A stretch of DNA of 64,000 nucleotides from Gonapodya sp. JEL0774. Its lineage: Eukaryota. Location: assembly GCA_027604505.1 (NCBI GenBank), contig JADIIX010000104.1, positions 1 through 64,000 on the forward strand, given 5' to 3'. The first letter of the stretch is position 1. Every line of letters begins with the position of its first letter. Shown piece after piece: positions 13,044 to 24,014 of this stretch. Position numbers and translations under genes: made by a program. Below the pieces are notes generated by a model. That model ran no database searches, was not told the DNA's origin, and saw only the letters and a program-made list of their open reading frames with translations.

Positions 13044-14550
13044 CTATTTTCCGTTCATTTTCTTCTCGATACCCTCCTCGTACACCAGCACCTTGCTAAC
13101 ATCGTCATACACATCAAACCTCCTTTGAGTTACAACAGGAATGGACGACCGCCAATGTGTGATCTCCGCAGGGTTAAGATCATGGTAGACCGTTGACTCT
13201 TTCTCGTCTGTTGTTGCAACAACATCACCACCAGGAGAAACGACAGAAGAGTGACCCCAAGCAAGGTAGTCGCCTGTAGTTAAACAAAATGAGGTGACGG
13301 AGCGGTGACCAAAATCATGCCCCTCGAAATTATCATCCAAATGTCAGAAACTCAAAAAATTGTAGTAACCCACCATCTTTCGGTTCAACTACACGCGCTG
13401 GTGAGCAAGCTGCCACGTAGATCTGATTGTCAACTGCGCGAGCGCGTTGGAGAAGCTCCCAGTGGAGCGGGCCGGTGACAGTATTGAAGGCTATTGAAAT
13501 TACAACCGCTCAGTTCGATCGATGCTTTTGGAGTGGATGAGCTCGAACTCTGTGATTCCGCGCAGCGCTGCCTTCAATCCAGAGTGGCCAGCACTGTCCC
13601 GTCGTTCAGATCCCTCCAAGCGCAAATGACTCATCCAACTCACCTCCTGGATAAATCATAGCCAAGGCTCCTCTTCTGGCTGCAATCATGGCCAGCTCTG
13701 GGAACCGAATGTCGTAGCATATCGCGACGCCCAACTTCCCGTAGTCAGTCTCCACAATCGTACATATGTCACCTCCGGTGAGTACCTCAGATTCCTTGAA
13801 TCGAATTTTTCCCGGTACGTCAATATCAAAAAGGTGGACTTTGCGGTGTGTTGCGACGAGGGCGCCGGCCGGGTTGTAGATGGTGCAAGTATTATATAGG
13901 TGGGAGTTGACGGAGTCTCGTTCGGGAATGGACCCTTGGTTTCAGATAGTGGCAATCAATGGATTTGGCTTCATTAGCCCAATCGTCAAGAAGCTCCTCG
14001 GTTGCAATTCTTTTTTCCAACCCTTGAGTATGAACAGAGCGCGAGGTGAGCTCACCTCCAATGAGCCATACGCTCGCATCCTTCGCCATTGCTGAAAGGG
14101 CACTCGTGGACTCGCCCGGGATGGGCTCCGCGTACTCAGGGAAGAATTTGACCCCGTACGGACTTAGGCGGTGGTCCACGATCCCGTCACCAACAGACGC
14201 ATCATTAGACACAACAGCGTCGACACATTGAAAATAGTAAATGTGAGCGGATGGGCTTGTGCGCTAGAAAACTGACCTGTTAAAGCACTCTGGCAGCACA
14301 ACCACATTTGCTCCCTTGTCCTTCGCCTCTAGAACTTTTGACCGCGCACGTGAAAGGTTTTCTGCCTTGTTGGCACCAACCAGCATCTAAGGAGTACGGT
14401 GGGGGGTGGGTGTCCCATCCGATCGCGCGAAATTTCCGTAGAGAGAGGGAAGTGGACGAGTTTCAGCAACGCGCTAAGGAGGCGTTAAAACAAAAGAAAA
14501 CGTACTTGAACAAGAGCGATTCGGAATGGTCTCGCCGCAACACCAACCAT
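13044..14550 (-). CDS. NIT2: Nitrilase-family omega-amidase (Nit2/yeast Nit3-like), multi-exon
   Basis: Spliced product [87 protein letters not shown]. The E-K-C catalytic triad is present. Confidence 0.93.
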
Positions 14551-14715
14551 CTCAAATATATAACGTGAGGGATCTTGGTTCGCTCGTCGTAAGACGGACA
14601 TGAACTAAGGCAACTCGCACCCTCAGTTCGTAAAGAAGGTTTAGATTTACAAAAATTGCTCCCAGGAATGCATATAAACTGAGAGATGCAATCATATTCT
14701 ACGGGGTTATGGTTA

Positions 14716-16723
14716 CTAATTTACAAGTGCCTCGGAAGCCCCAAATCCCGGCGGTTTTATCGACACAAGCAATCGCGCCTCCGAAACCATTCTGACGATC
14801 GCATTTGCTGCACGGTAGACATCTGGACGGGCGGATTTGCTTGTAAAATATCCCAGGTGCACGGCGTAGGCTGTGTTGTGGGTGCACAGTGGTGTAGTGG
14901 TATGTCAATTACAAGATGATGGATAGAGTTGCGTGTGAGCGATAGACGAGTGATTCAATGTTGTGGTTCTAAGCGACCAACCTTGACAAATTTTCCATGC
15001 GGTCCATTGGAATTCGTCGTTGTTCTCGAAATCGGCCGGCAAGCTTCCTTGTTCTTCTTGATCCAGGCCTTTCAAGTCCTCCTCTTTCACCGGAAGTAAC
15101 TTTTCCAACTCCACAAGCTTTCCCAGGACCGCCACCACCATTTCGGGATCCCTCACACGCGATACGGGCATGCACCCCATAATCTCCTGCATTTCCTTCC
15201 CAGCCATGGTCGGGAACACAACACCCGGACAATCACAGAGTCGCAGTTTGTCCGTGACGTGGATGGTTTGAAAGTGCTTGGTGCGGCCTGCCGTGCGTGA
15301 AACGGAGACTGCATGACGGCCAAGGATGGCGTTGAGGAGAGATGACTTGCCAGCATTGGGTTGCCCTATAAGGCCAATGGTCATATGGTGCAGAGAACGG
15401 GTGGTGGGGTGGAGTGGTGGGACATCAGATTCTTGGTTGTGAGTCGGAGCTGTTTTGGAGATGTTTAATCAAATGGATCGGGCACCTCAAGGCAAATGGT
15501 CTAGAAGTAATACGAGCGACTCCACTCGTGAAACTTACCATCGTCTAGCTCGTGTCTCCGCAAATGAAGATCGGAGTTACTCTCTCGTTCCTCAGTGCGG
15601 TGAGGTTCATCTCCACTGTCCAATCGCTCTCCTGGCTTTTCATCATCTTTCTGTGATTGTTTTTGCTTCCTTTCGTGGCTTTCTGTGATCGAATCCGCCG
15701 GTAACGCTTCGGCCGCCTTCTTCGCCCGTCGCCGCTTGGCGCTCCCAACCTTAGCCGACATGTCTGTGTAGTCGTCAGACTCATCTGATGGTCGGAAGGC
15801 ATCCAGCCCGGGGAATAAAGCATCCCAATCTACCGACACCCCAGGTTTCGTTGGCGCGACTGATCTGCAAATCTCGATAATCCGCCTTACAACCTCTGGA
15901 TTGGGGACGTCGCGCTTTGCTACCGGTGCTCGAGATCGCAAGTGCGATGTTGAGGTGACAGGATCACCGTGCGCGTCGACTGCGCCCTGTGGCCGGGGCT
16001 GGGTGGCAAACTCCACAACGGGCAGGGTTGGATACATTGTGGAGAAGTAAGTTTTCCACGCCACAACAGTGGGTTCACCGACGAGGTCACATTTGGTGAG
16101 AACAAGAATGAGAGGTAGTTTGAGCTCATTGACGATGTGATGGTAAAGGGAAGGGGGGAAATGGAGGAGTGGGTGGCGGATGTCGGCGAGTACTAGGATG
16201 ATGTCGCTAGAGCATGGGAGTCGATGAAAACACAAACTGTCAGAGTTACTTCATGATTAATTGTTTTACCGACTCACCTCATTTCTATAACCCTCCATAA
16301 TTGTCTCCAAACGTCTAGTTCCTTCTCAAAGAGCCCGTGATCATCACCCTGCACGTCCCGCACCCGCTGCAGCCACGTTTTGAAAACAATCTTCTCCCTC
16401 TCGTCGAGAGCTTCTGTTGTGTCAGAGTACGACCACGGGGGCCGTTTTGGCATGTCGAATGGATGAAGTTCAGAAGCCTGTTCGTCCGAGATTTCAAGGC
16501 TTCTCTCTTCGATTGGACGAGGGAATGGGATGTGGAGTGGATCCAGAGTTTCTGTTTCAATTGAAGGGACCGGAAATCCGTCCTCTCCAACAACAGGAAA
16601 TCGTTGGAAATCGTCGTACTTGTTTGTGATCCACGTTCGCTGCTCTTTGAGCCGCTTCCTCTCGTTCCTCTCGCGAAGCTGGGCAAGCTTTTGTTTTCCA
16701 GAGTACGCGACTGGACGTGGCAT
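14716..16723 (-). CDS. GNL1: Circularly permuted GTPase, GNL1/Lsg1 family, multi-exon
   Basis: FEKELDVWRQLWRVIEM, DIRHPLLHFPPSLY, LTKCDL (G4), IGLIGQPNAGKSSLLN (G1), SRTAGRTKHFQT, LCDCPG (G3), last exon RPDVYRAANAIVR. TAG 14716-14718. Confidence 0.88.
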
Positions 16724-17149
16724 TTTGTGATTTTGGCGTTTTGAATGGGTTCCGCGCGGTTTGCGTGTAATTTTATATTGGGCGGAAGGTCCAAGGTCAG
16801 TTCTTGGCGAGTGCTGGTACGGACAACCTGGCGTGACTCACAAAATAAGGAGCGATGAACCAACAACTCACTTAATCATTTTACAGGTTGAGCAGCATCG
16901 GTGTGCATATTCACCATTTATGCAAGCAAATGCGCTCGATATCCCCGTTGCATCATCGTTGGTCTATTCAGAAGGCTTCGCAGTTTCGTTGTAGATTGAA
17001 GAAATGGCCATGTCAGTACCGGAACCCAAACACGGACTGTAAGCTGAGAAAGGTGTGGAAACAAATAAAATGCTAAAACCACATGGTATTCATACTATTT
17101 GACGTCCCTCTTTCGATCATTGCACACTCCTGGCCCAACTTATTATGCA

Positions 17150-17788
17150 ATGACCAGCAGCGGAGGCCCTCCATCTGCTGGAATCGGTCCGACGGGCCCT
17201 GTGGATTCGCCTCGAGCTCCATTGATCGGGACCCCAGAGCGCGTGGCCGAAATATTACGCGAGCTGGGTCTGCGCTATCTCCCTCACGAATCTGGATATC
17301 TTGGTCTCATTGGCTCATCACAACAAACCGTCCCTGCGTTAGGCTTTGAGTTTTCTCCTTCTCGTTCAGACCGTCGTTTAGCGATACAGTCTCAAGTGTA
17401 TTATATGCTCACTCGGCAGTATCCAATCAATTTCCTACACCACCTCCAACCCGATGATACTCACATCCTCATAGAGGGAGGGCCTGTTATGTATCATGTC
17501 TTCCATCCTGACGGGACAGCAGAACGGCATATCCTCGGGCACCTTTTATCTCTCGGGCAGCGACCGGTGGTGGCGGTTCCCGCGGGTTGTTGGAAAGCGC
17601 TCCGCCTGCACGAAGACTCCGAGTATGCCTTAATGGCAAATGTTCTCACTCCAGAGTTCACACCGGACCGCGTCTCCATTGGAGAGGAGCAACAATGGGT
17701 TGACAAGTACACGGGTAGTGCGGAATGGGCAACGAAAGAGTTTTTGATGGAGCTCATTGGTCCTAATTGGAAACAGACTCCGTCATGA
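17150..17788 (+). CDS. Cupin superfamily protein, DUF985/Cupin_5 (YML079W-like), intronless
   Basis: LGLRYLPHESGY, SQVYYML, FLHHLQPDDTHILIEGGP, HILGHLLSLGQRPVVAVPAGCWKA and ALMANVLTPEF match the DUF985 pattern. Confidence 0.82.
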   Translation: MTSSGGPPSAGIGPTGPVDSPRAPLIGTPERVAEILRELGLRYLPHESGYLGLIGSSQQTVPALGFEFSPSRSDRRLAIQSQVYYMLTRQYPINFLHHLQPDDTHILIEGGPVMYHVFHPDGTAERHILGHLLSLGQRPVVAVPAGCWKALRLHEDSEYALMANVLTPEFTPDRVSIGEEQQWVDKYTGSAEWATKEFLMELIGPNWKQTPS

Positions 17789-18439
17789 ACGTCGTCTGGA
17801 AACACAACACTGGCTGCCGCAATGGGTTCTGAATTGAAGATAGTTATTTTTGCCCCTAACTCTCCACTGAATGAGAGAGCGATACGGCAAATCGCGCGGA
17901 ATAGATATTGCATTTCGAAGTTCAAGATAGACTGCGGACATTTTGGTGTGTGAGACCCAGTATTCCATTGTACTTAACACCGAAAATTGATGGAATAACG
18001 CGAACTAGCATGCACAACTGCCGCCTTGGATTTGGTCACATTGATGTGCTCGTAATGGTTTTGCAGCAGTGCGATTAATTCAAGTAGAGACCGGAAGCAC
18101 GTGTGCCTATGCGAGAGCGCAGGGTTCACCGTACCACTTGGAGCCCGAACGTTTCTCGTCTGATACGGCGTCATAAGAATGTAAACTGTTTAGCGGCAAC
18201 CTTCAGAAGCGCGCACCCCTAACACAGATGAAGAGGACAGGAGCGCTGAGCATTATTAGCTATAGATTGATAACGTGGTGGAGATCGTGGAAACAAAGAA
18301 GATTTTCGACAGAGGAGAAGTGAATGCGGTATGCAAATGGCTATGCCAATCATGAATGAACAACGAACCAGATTCGATTGACATGTTACATGAGGCGGGG
18401 GACAGTTCCATCAAAAAGCAAATTTTATGTAAAATAAGT

Positions 18440-20256
18440 AGGTCCCTTCATTGGTCGATCTATTAATAAACAGACAATCGCTATCGAAAATTAGAAGGGG
18501 CTGGTCTAACGCAATGATTCTTAGGTCAGAACTGTGGTAAAACCCTCCTTCCTTGCACACGCGCATATTCAATCCTCCGACACGTGGCTCGTGTCATCAC
18601 TATCGTCTTCGTCCTCCTCTATGGGCTCCACCTCCCCCACCACCAGCTTCTTCCTTGACGGTAATGGGGCCAGCGCCTCCACCTCAAACAGAATCGACTC
18701 CTTCTCCTCCACAAGGCAGTCGAAGATGTGCTTCTGCACTCCTGCAATTGTGATCCCTTTTGCAAACCGATCCACAAACTCCTCGTGTTCATGGGCGTAC
18801 TCGGGGGCAAGGGTCCTCAGGGCTTCGAGGACGGCCTCTCGCGATGGAACACTGATCTCTGCGCAAAAGTCCACCCGACCAGGACGGATGAGGGCGGGTT
18901 CGAGTTTGTCGAGGTGATTGGTTGTCATGAACACGACCAGGCCGCTCGCTGTAGCCACCCCGTCCAGGGCGTTGATGAGCGTGGAGAAGTCCACTCCGGT
19001 TTTTGAGCTTCGCTTGGCAAAGAGAGCGTCAACGTCTTCCAGAAGCAGAAAAGTGTTGCTGGGGAGACTGGAAAGGAGAGAGTCGATGTCCGTGGCTTTG
19101 ATGTCGTCCGTTATGGAGAGCTTGGCAATATCCCGGGCAAAGCGGCTGGCCATTGCAACACACATGGAGGTCTTGCCAGTACCAGGAGGTCCATGTAAGA
19201 GGTGAATTCGCTTCCACGTGACGCCGGTCCGGTCATACAGAGCCTTGTTGCTAAAGAAAAAGTCCAAACCCTTCACTATCTTGTCCTTGAGCGCAGAGTC
19301 CAAATACACTGTATTCAGGTCGCGGGAGTCCCGTTTCACGAAAAATTCCCAGTCGTAGGCACCGCCGCAACCCTTGACTGCCCGATATATTGACGTTTTC
19401 TTGATCGGACGATCTGCCGGCTTCCATCTTGCTGCGAGCTCTCGTCCAATCTCGGTGAGGACACGCTCTCCGACAGTTGGTGTCAAATCATAGACGCGGA
19501 TGACGACAGATTGGAACGTGTGGTATTTGACGGATTCGCCTGGCGAAATAAAGTCGATGGAGCACGATACCCCTTCCCAGACAAAGGGCCATGGGCGGGG
19601 ACCATCATAGCGTGGGAACCACCTGAAATAGGGGAGTTGACAAGGACGGTGCGATCAATACCCCGGTATCTTCATTTCCGATGGTGTTCTCGTGGTTGAA
19701 AGCTCACCAGTCCGCTCCCTTCACGTCCACCTCATGTGCCTTGACAGCGACCTGCAGGGGAACCGCGATCGAGAGTCCACACTTTTCCTGAAGAAGATGA
19801 ATGAGATCGAGTCCGCTCGCTGTTCGATCTTTATCGAGCTGCATGTAATCCTGGAACCGAAATGCCCGAAAGATGGGAAGAGCTGTCACGGTCTCGAGAG
19901 ACATAGAAGTAGCCATCGCTATCAAGAATCGCGCCGATGATGAAGATGTCCATTCTCCCGGAGGTGGGGTTTATGAGCATCGCGTTGTGGCCTGTTTGGC
20001 AAGTTGGGGGACAGTGCACAGCATCATTTGCGATTTGCGAAGCTCATTGGGACGGATCATGTAAACATGTAATAACAATTGGTATCACCTCGAGCATGAT
20101 TTCATTGCATTCAAGGACTGCCTATGAGCAGCAGTCAGTCGCATTTGCGTTGCTGTCCGCATATTCTTTGGGGAACATCTCGTCGTGGAAGAACCATCAC
20201 GTTACTGTAATTACTGGTCTCTCAAAATGTAAAACCTTCAGTTTGAACATCACAGT
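18440..20256 (-). repeat. Left arm of ~1.8 kb inverted segmental duplication (partner 36122-37970)
   Basis: The reverse complement aligns by eye to 36122-37970 across ~340 bp of upstream sequence, exon 1, intron, exon 2 and ~130 bp of 3' flank (e.g. atcattgcgttagaccagc vs atcattgctttagaccagc). Confidence 0.9.
18569..19916 (-). CDS. BCS1-like AAA+ ATPase, copy 1 (2 exons; intron 19707-19623)
   Basis: KRIHLLHGPPGTGKTS (Walker A), LLLEDVDALF (Walker B), FSTLINALDGVA, FMTTNHLDKLEPALIRPGRVD (SRH). Exon 1 MATSMSLETVTALP... is joined through a GT-AG intron. Confidence 0.88.
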
Positions 20257-20530
20257 GTGTCTATGGATGTGCAGGTACTTTTGTTGGATCACTAGAGGCT
20301 GCTTTTGGCATACCACTCCACACACGGAGAGCAGCCCGATTCAATTGAAAACTTTGGAAACAAGCAAGGCCGCTCCAAGCTAAGAATTCCCAGATATCGG
20401 AAGCGAATTGGTACCCGTGCGAACACTAATAGCAGTAATTGCACGCAATATCATGTCATTAACAAGAAATTAGAGTCGACCATTCTCATTTCTTCTGTAA
20501 TCTGTGGCGAAAGTGCCTCCGTGTCCTGGG

Positions 20531-20711
20531 AAGAGCGAAAGGGGACACTGCTTTCCTAGGACTAATAAGAGCAACAAGCGTCAGTCACTGTTTCGTAGGA
20601 AGAGCAGACACCGTCAGTCACTCTTCTGTGTGAAGAACGAAAAGCGTCTGTCCCTCCTTCGTGTGAAGAGCCAGTCGGCACTCTTTCGTGCGAAGTGCGG
20701 CGAAGTGCGGC
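20531..20711. repeat. Degenerate 33-bp tandem repeat (~5 units)
   Basis: Units start AAGAG/AAGAA at 20531, 20567, 20600, 20633 and 20666, e.g. aagagcaacaagcgtcagtcactgtttcgtagg / aagagcagacaccgtcagtcactcttctgtgtg / aagaacgaaaagcgtctgtccctccttcgtgtg. Confidence 0.8.
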
Positions 20712-21803
20712 AAACCCAACAAGCATTGTCAGCATTTTCACATGAAGTAATCCCTTAATACAACAGAATAAATTGATTTACTTCCGCTTCTCTATCCACT
20801 CTTGGTGTTGTAACGTGAGTACGTATTCCGTCACACCCACCGCAACATATTGTTGTTGAAGGGGCTGCTGCTGCTCGGTGCAGGTTTCACTGTGATCAGG
20901 ACATATAAAGCCCATTCATTCAAATTACTGATTATACACCATCGTGCCGCTCTCCATCTATCACTCACCTTGTCCTGGTGCATCGAGTGGCCTGCCATCA
21001 GCTTGTTCCCACCTGTGGGCCCAACTCGCCGCAAGATGACCAACATCGACATGACGGACATTCAGCTTGACACGAGGTCCGAGCTCGAGCTTGATGATGC
21101 AGGGACAGACAATTCTCAAACGACTGCAGCTGCTCCGGCTACGACAGCACCACCGCTGTTGATCCCTCCGGCATTCCAACTAGTTTGAACGCATCCAGGT
21201 GAGAGCATAGCTCGATTGTTGTTCTTATTAGTTGTGTCTGTTGAGGCCCTGCCTTGAACTGAGCTGATGAACGGTTGTTATGTTCCCTCGTTTCCCTTTC
21301 TTCTCTACCACAGAGAGTATTCCACGGTTCGTTACTACATCCATGATTTGTTCATGTCCCAAATCTTCCCCACAGAGTTTCCCAATTACAGTAGGTTGTT
21401 CTCCCAGAATTTGAGCCCTGCTGCTCTTATCTGTGTTATGCTGATTGGAACTGAATGACATTTCTCAATTATCCCCCATCTTTTTTTAGATGTGCTTTCT
21501 CCTGTTCTTCAAACTCGAATAACTGTAAATCCTTCAGTGCCACAATGCACAATTTTTAGTTTTTCATTTTGTTTCTTTCATTCCGGGAGTGGTGTTTTCT
21601 TCTGTGCTGCATGGTTGAGTTTGTGGAGTAGGTTGCTTATCTGACCGTCCGTTTTTACATTCGGAATCTCCTCAGTATAGAGAAGTATTTTTAGTTGTAG
21701 ATGGGTCCCTTTCTGTTGCGAGGTGGCACCACGCACCTGTGGCAATCGCCTCGCGCGAACTGGAACCCTAGTGCATTGTACTAATGCCGTCTATGATCGT
21801 TCG

Positions 21804-21869
21804 TTCGGGTCTGATTCGGGTCTGATTCGGGTTTGGTTCGGGTCTGGTTCGGGTCTGGTTCGAGTCTGT
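21804..21869. repeat. 11-bp tandem repeat, consensus TTCGGGTCTG(A/G), 6 units
   Basis: ttcgggtctga ttcgggtctga ttcgggtttgg ttcgggtctgg ttcgggtctgg ttcgagtctgt. Confidence 0.95.
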
Positions 21870-22040
21870 CTTGCAAATTTTGCTTGGTTGATTCGCCCCA
21901 CAGCACACACATACAGGCTTCACTTCATGCACTTGCCCTGACATGTGCCCGCGTCAACAGTCCACAAGCAATGCTTAAAAGCGCCATGAATTCCCGATCA
22001 TGGCCATCGCAGTTCTCCCGACATCTTCCATCCGAATCAG

Positions 22041-23381
22041 ATGGCTCCATCAATGCCTGTCGAGACGGTCACCGCTCTTCCCACCTTTCGGGCATTTCGT
22101 TTCCCCGAATACATCGAGCTCGACAAGAACCGCCGGGCGACGGGTCTCGATCTCATTCGTCTTCTCCAAGACAAGTGTGGCCTCTCAATCGCGGTTCCCC
22201 TTCAGGTCGGAATCACCGCAAAGGAGGTTGAACTATCGAGCACGGACTGGTGAGCTTTCAACCACGAGACGTCCATGCGCGGAGAAATGGAAATTATGCC
22301 TATCGATCTGATCGCTCTCAATGTACGAATCTATCTCAGGTGGTTTCCCCGCTATGATGGTCCTCGCCAATGGCCCTTTTTCTGGGAGGGAGTATCGTGC
22401 TCCATCGACTACATCGAAGCCGGGGAAGCCGTCAAGAACCAGACTTTTATGTCTGTCGTCATCCGCGTCTATGATTTAACCCCCGGTGTCGGAGAGCGTG
22501 TCCTCACTGAGATCGGCCAGGAACTCGCCGCAAGGTGGAAGCCAGCTGATCGCCCGGTCAAGAAAACGTCCATATATCGCGCTGTCAAGAGTTGCAGTGG
22601 TGTCTACGAGTGGAACTTTTTTGTTACCCGTGACTCTCGTGACCTGGATACGGTATATTTGGACTCGAGCATCAAAGGCAAAATGGTCAAGGGACTGGAC
22701 TTTTTCTTCAGTAAAAAGGCTCTGTACGACCGAACTGGCATCACGTGGAAGCGAATTCACCTCTTACATGGGCCTCCCGGTACCGGCAAGACCTCCATGT
22801 GTGTGGCCATGGCCAGCCGCTTCGACAGGGATATTGCCAAGTTGGCCATCACTGGAGACATCAAAGCCACGGACATCGACTCCCTCCTTACCGGCCTCCC
22901 CGGCAATTCGTTCCTCCTCCTGGAAGACGTTGACGCACTCTTTGCCAAGCGAAGCTCAAAAACCGGAGTGGACTTCTCCACGCTCATCAACGCCCTGGAC
23001 GGGGTGGCTACAGCGAGCGGCCTGGTCGTGTTCATGACAACCAATCACCTCGACAAACTCGAACCCGCCCTCATCCGTCCTGGTCGGGTGGACTTTTGCG
23101 CAGAGGTCACTCTTCCATCGCGAGAAGCTGTCCTCGAAGCCCTGAGGACCCTAGCCCCCGAGTACGCCCATGAGCACGAGGAATTTGTGGATCGGTTTGC
23201 CAACGGGATCACAATTGCAGCAGTGCAGAAGCACATCTTCGACTGCCTTGTGGAGGAGAAGGAGTCGATTCTGTTTGAGGTGGAGGCGCTGGCACCACTG
23301 TCGTTGATGGAGAAGGCAGAAAAGAGTGAGCGAATGGAACAAGATGACAGTGAGACTGAAACCGGCGTCTCTGAGGATTAG
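22041..23381 (+). CDS. BCS1-like AAA+ ATPase, copy 2 (2 exons; intron 22250-22339)
   Basis: Same Walker A/B and SRH motifs and the same intron position (inside the Trp codon of TDW) as copies 1 and 3. The promoter and C-terminal tail differ. Confidence 0.88.
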
Positions 23382-24014
23382 GATGTCTTGTCTGGGAAAT
23401 AGTACCATTTGCAAAGTGAATTGCACGTCGAATTTTTGTATTGAGTGTATTTTTGTCATTATTGAGATTTCCGTCCGAGATTGAACCGCAACTGCGCACT
23501 TGTCTTTGTTGTTGAACAAGAGGGCGGCTGTGAAGGCTGTGAGCTCCACGCGGGGAAACCTGACGGATGTCCTGTGTGGGACGCACAAGAACCATCTCTA
23601 ACCGTAGCTAAGGGGTATCGTATGTTGGTAACTCAGTGAAATAGAAAAACTTCTTGAAATATCCGCGAGGTTGATCCACAACTGATGCTCACCAGGTCGC
23701 GACAATCTGAGATAATTCATTAGTACACTAACTCTGGTCCTTCACTATTTTAAAGGATTCTATTGTGTCGAAGGAAGGTGTCACTGAAGAAGAGCACCGA
23801 GAACGTCGGGGTGATCAAGAGTGATCAAGTTCGAACTGCACCTTCGCGGACAGGGGCATTAAGATGAGGACTTGGACGGTCGTTGTTTCCCCGACCAAGA
23901 AACCAGAATAATCTGAATCAGCGCTGATCCATTGACTATTGCTCTCTCTAGAGTGTTCTCGTGGGAATATTACCCACTCTTCTCGGCTGTGCTTTGTTCC
24001 TTCCTCCTCGGATC

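Larger units (their letters stand above)
20502..21903. mobile_element. Possible non-autonomous or decayed element between AAA copies 1 and 2
   Basis: Tandem arrays near both ends, an internal TATA (20904) with a short truncated ORF and intron-like GTGAG, and a CpG-poor T-rich interior. No transposase and no clear TSD were seen. Confidence 0.3.

Noticed and set aside
19937..20383. Paired antisense ORFs MMKMSILPEVGF.. (19937-20383 and 36146-36442)
   Set aside because: They are homologous only because they lie in the duplicated promoter. The copies differ by frameshifting indels, so they are unlikely to be coding.
20531..20711. 33-bp periodic array as a CRISPR-like locus
   Set aside because: The units are contiguous degenerate tandem copies with no unique spacers, no cas genes are present, and the context is eukaryotic.
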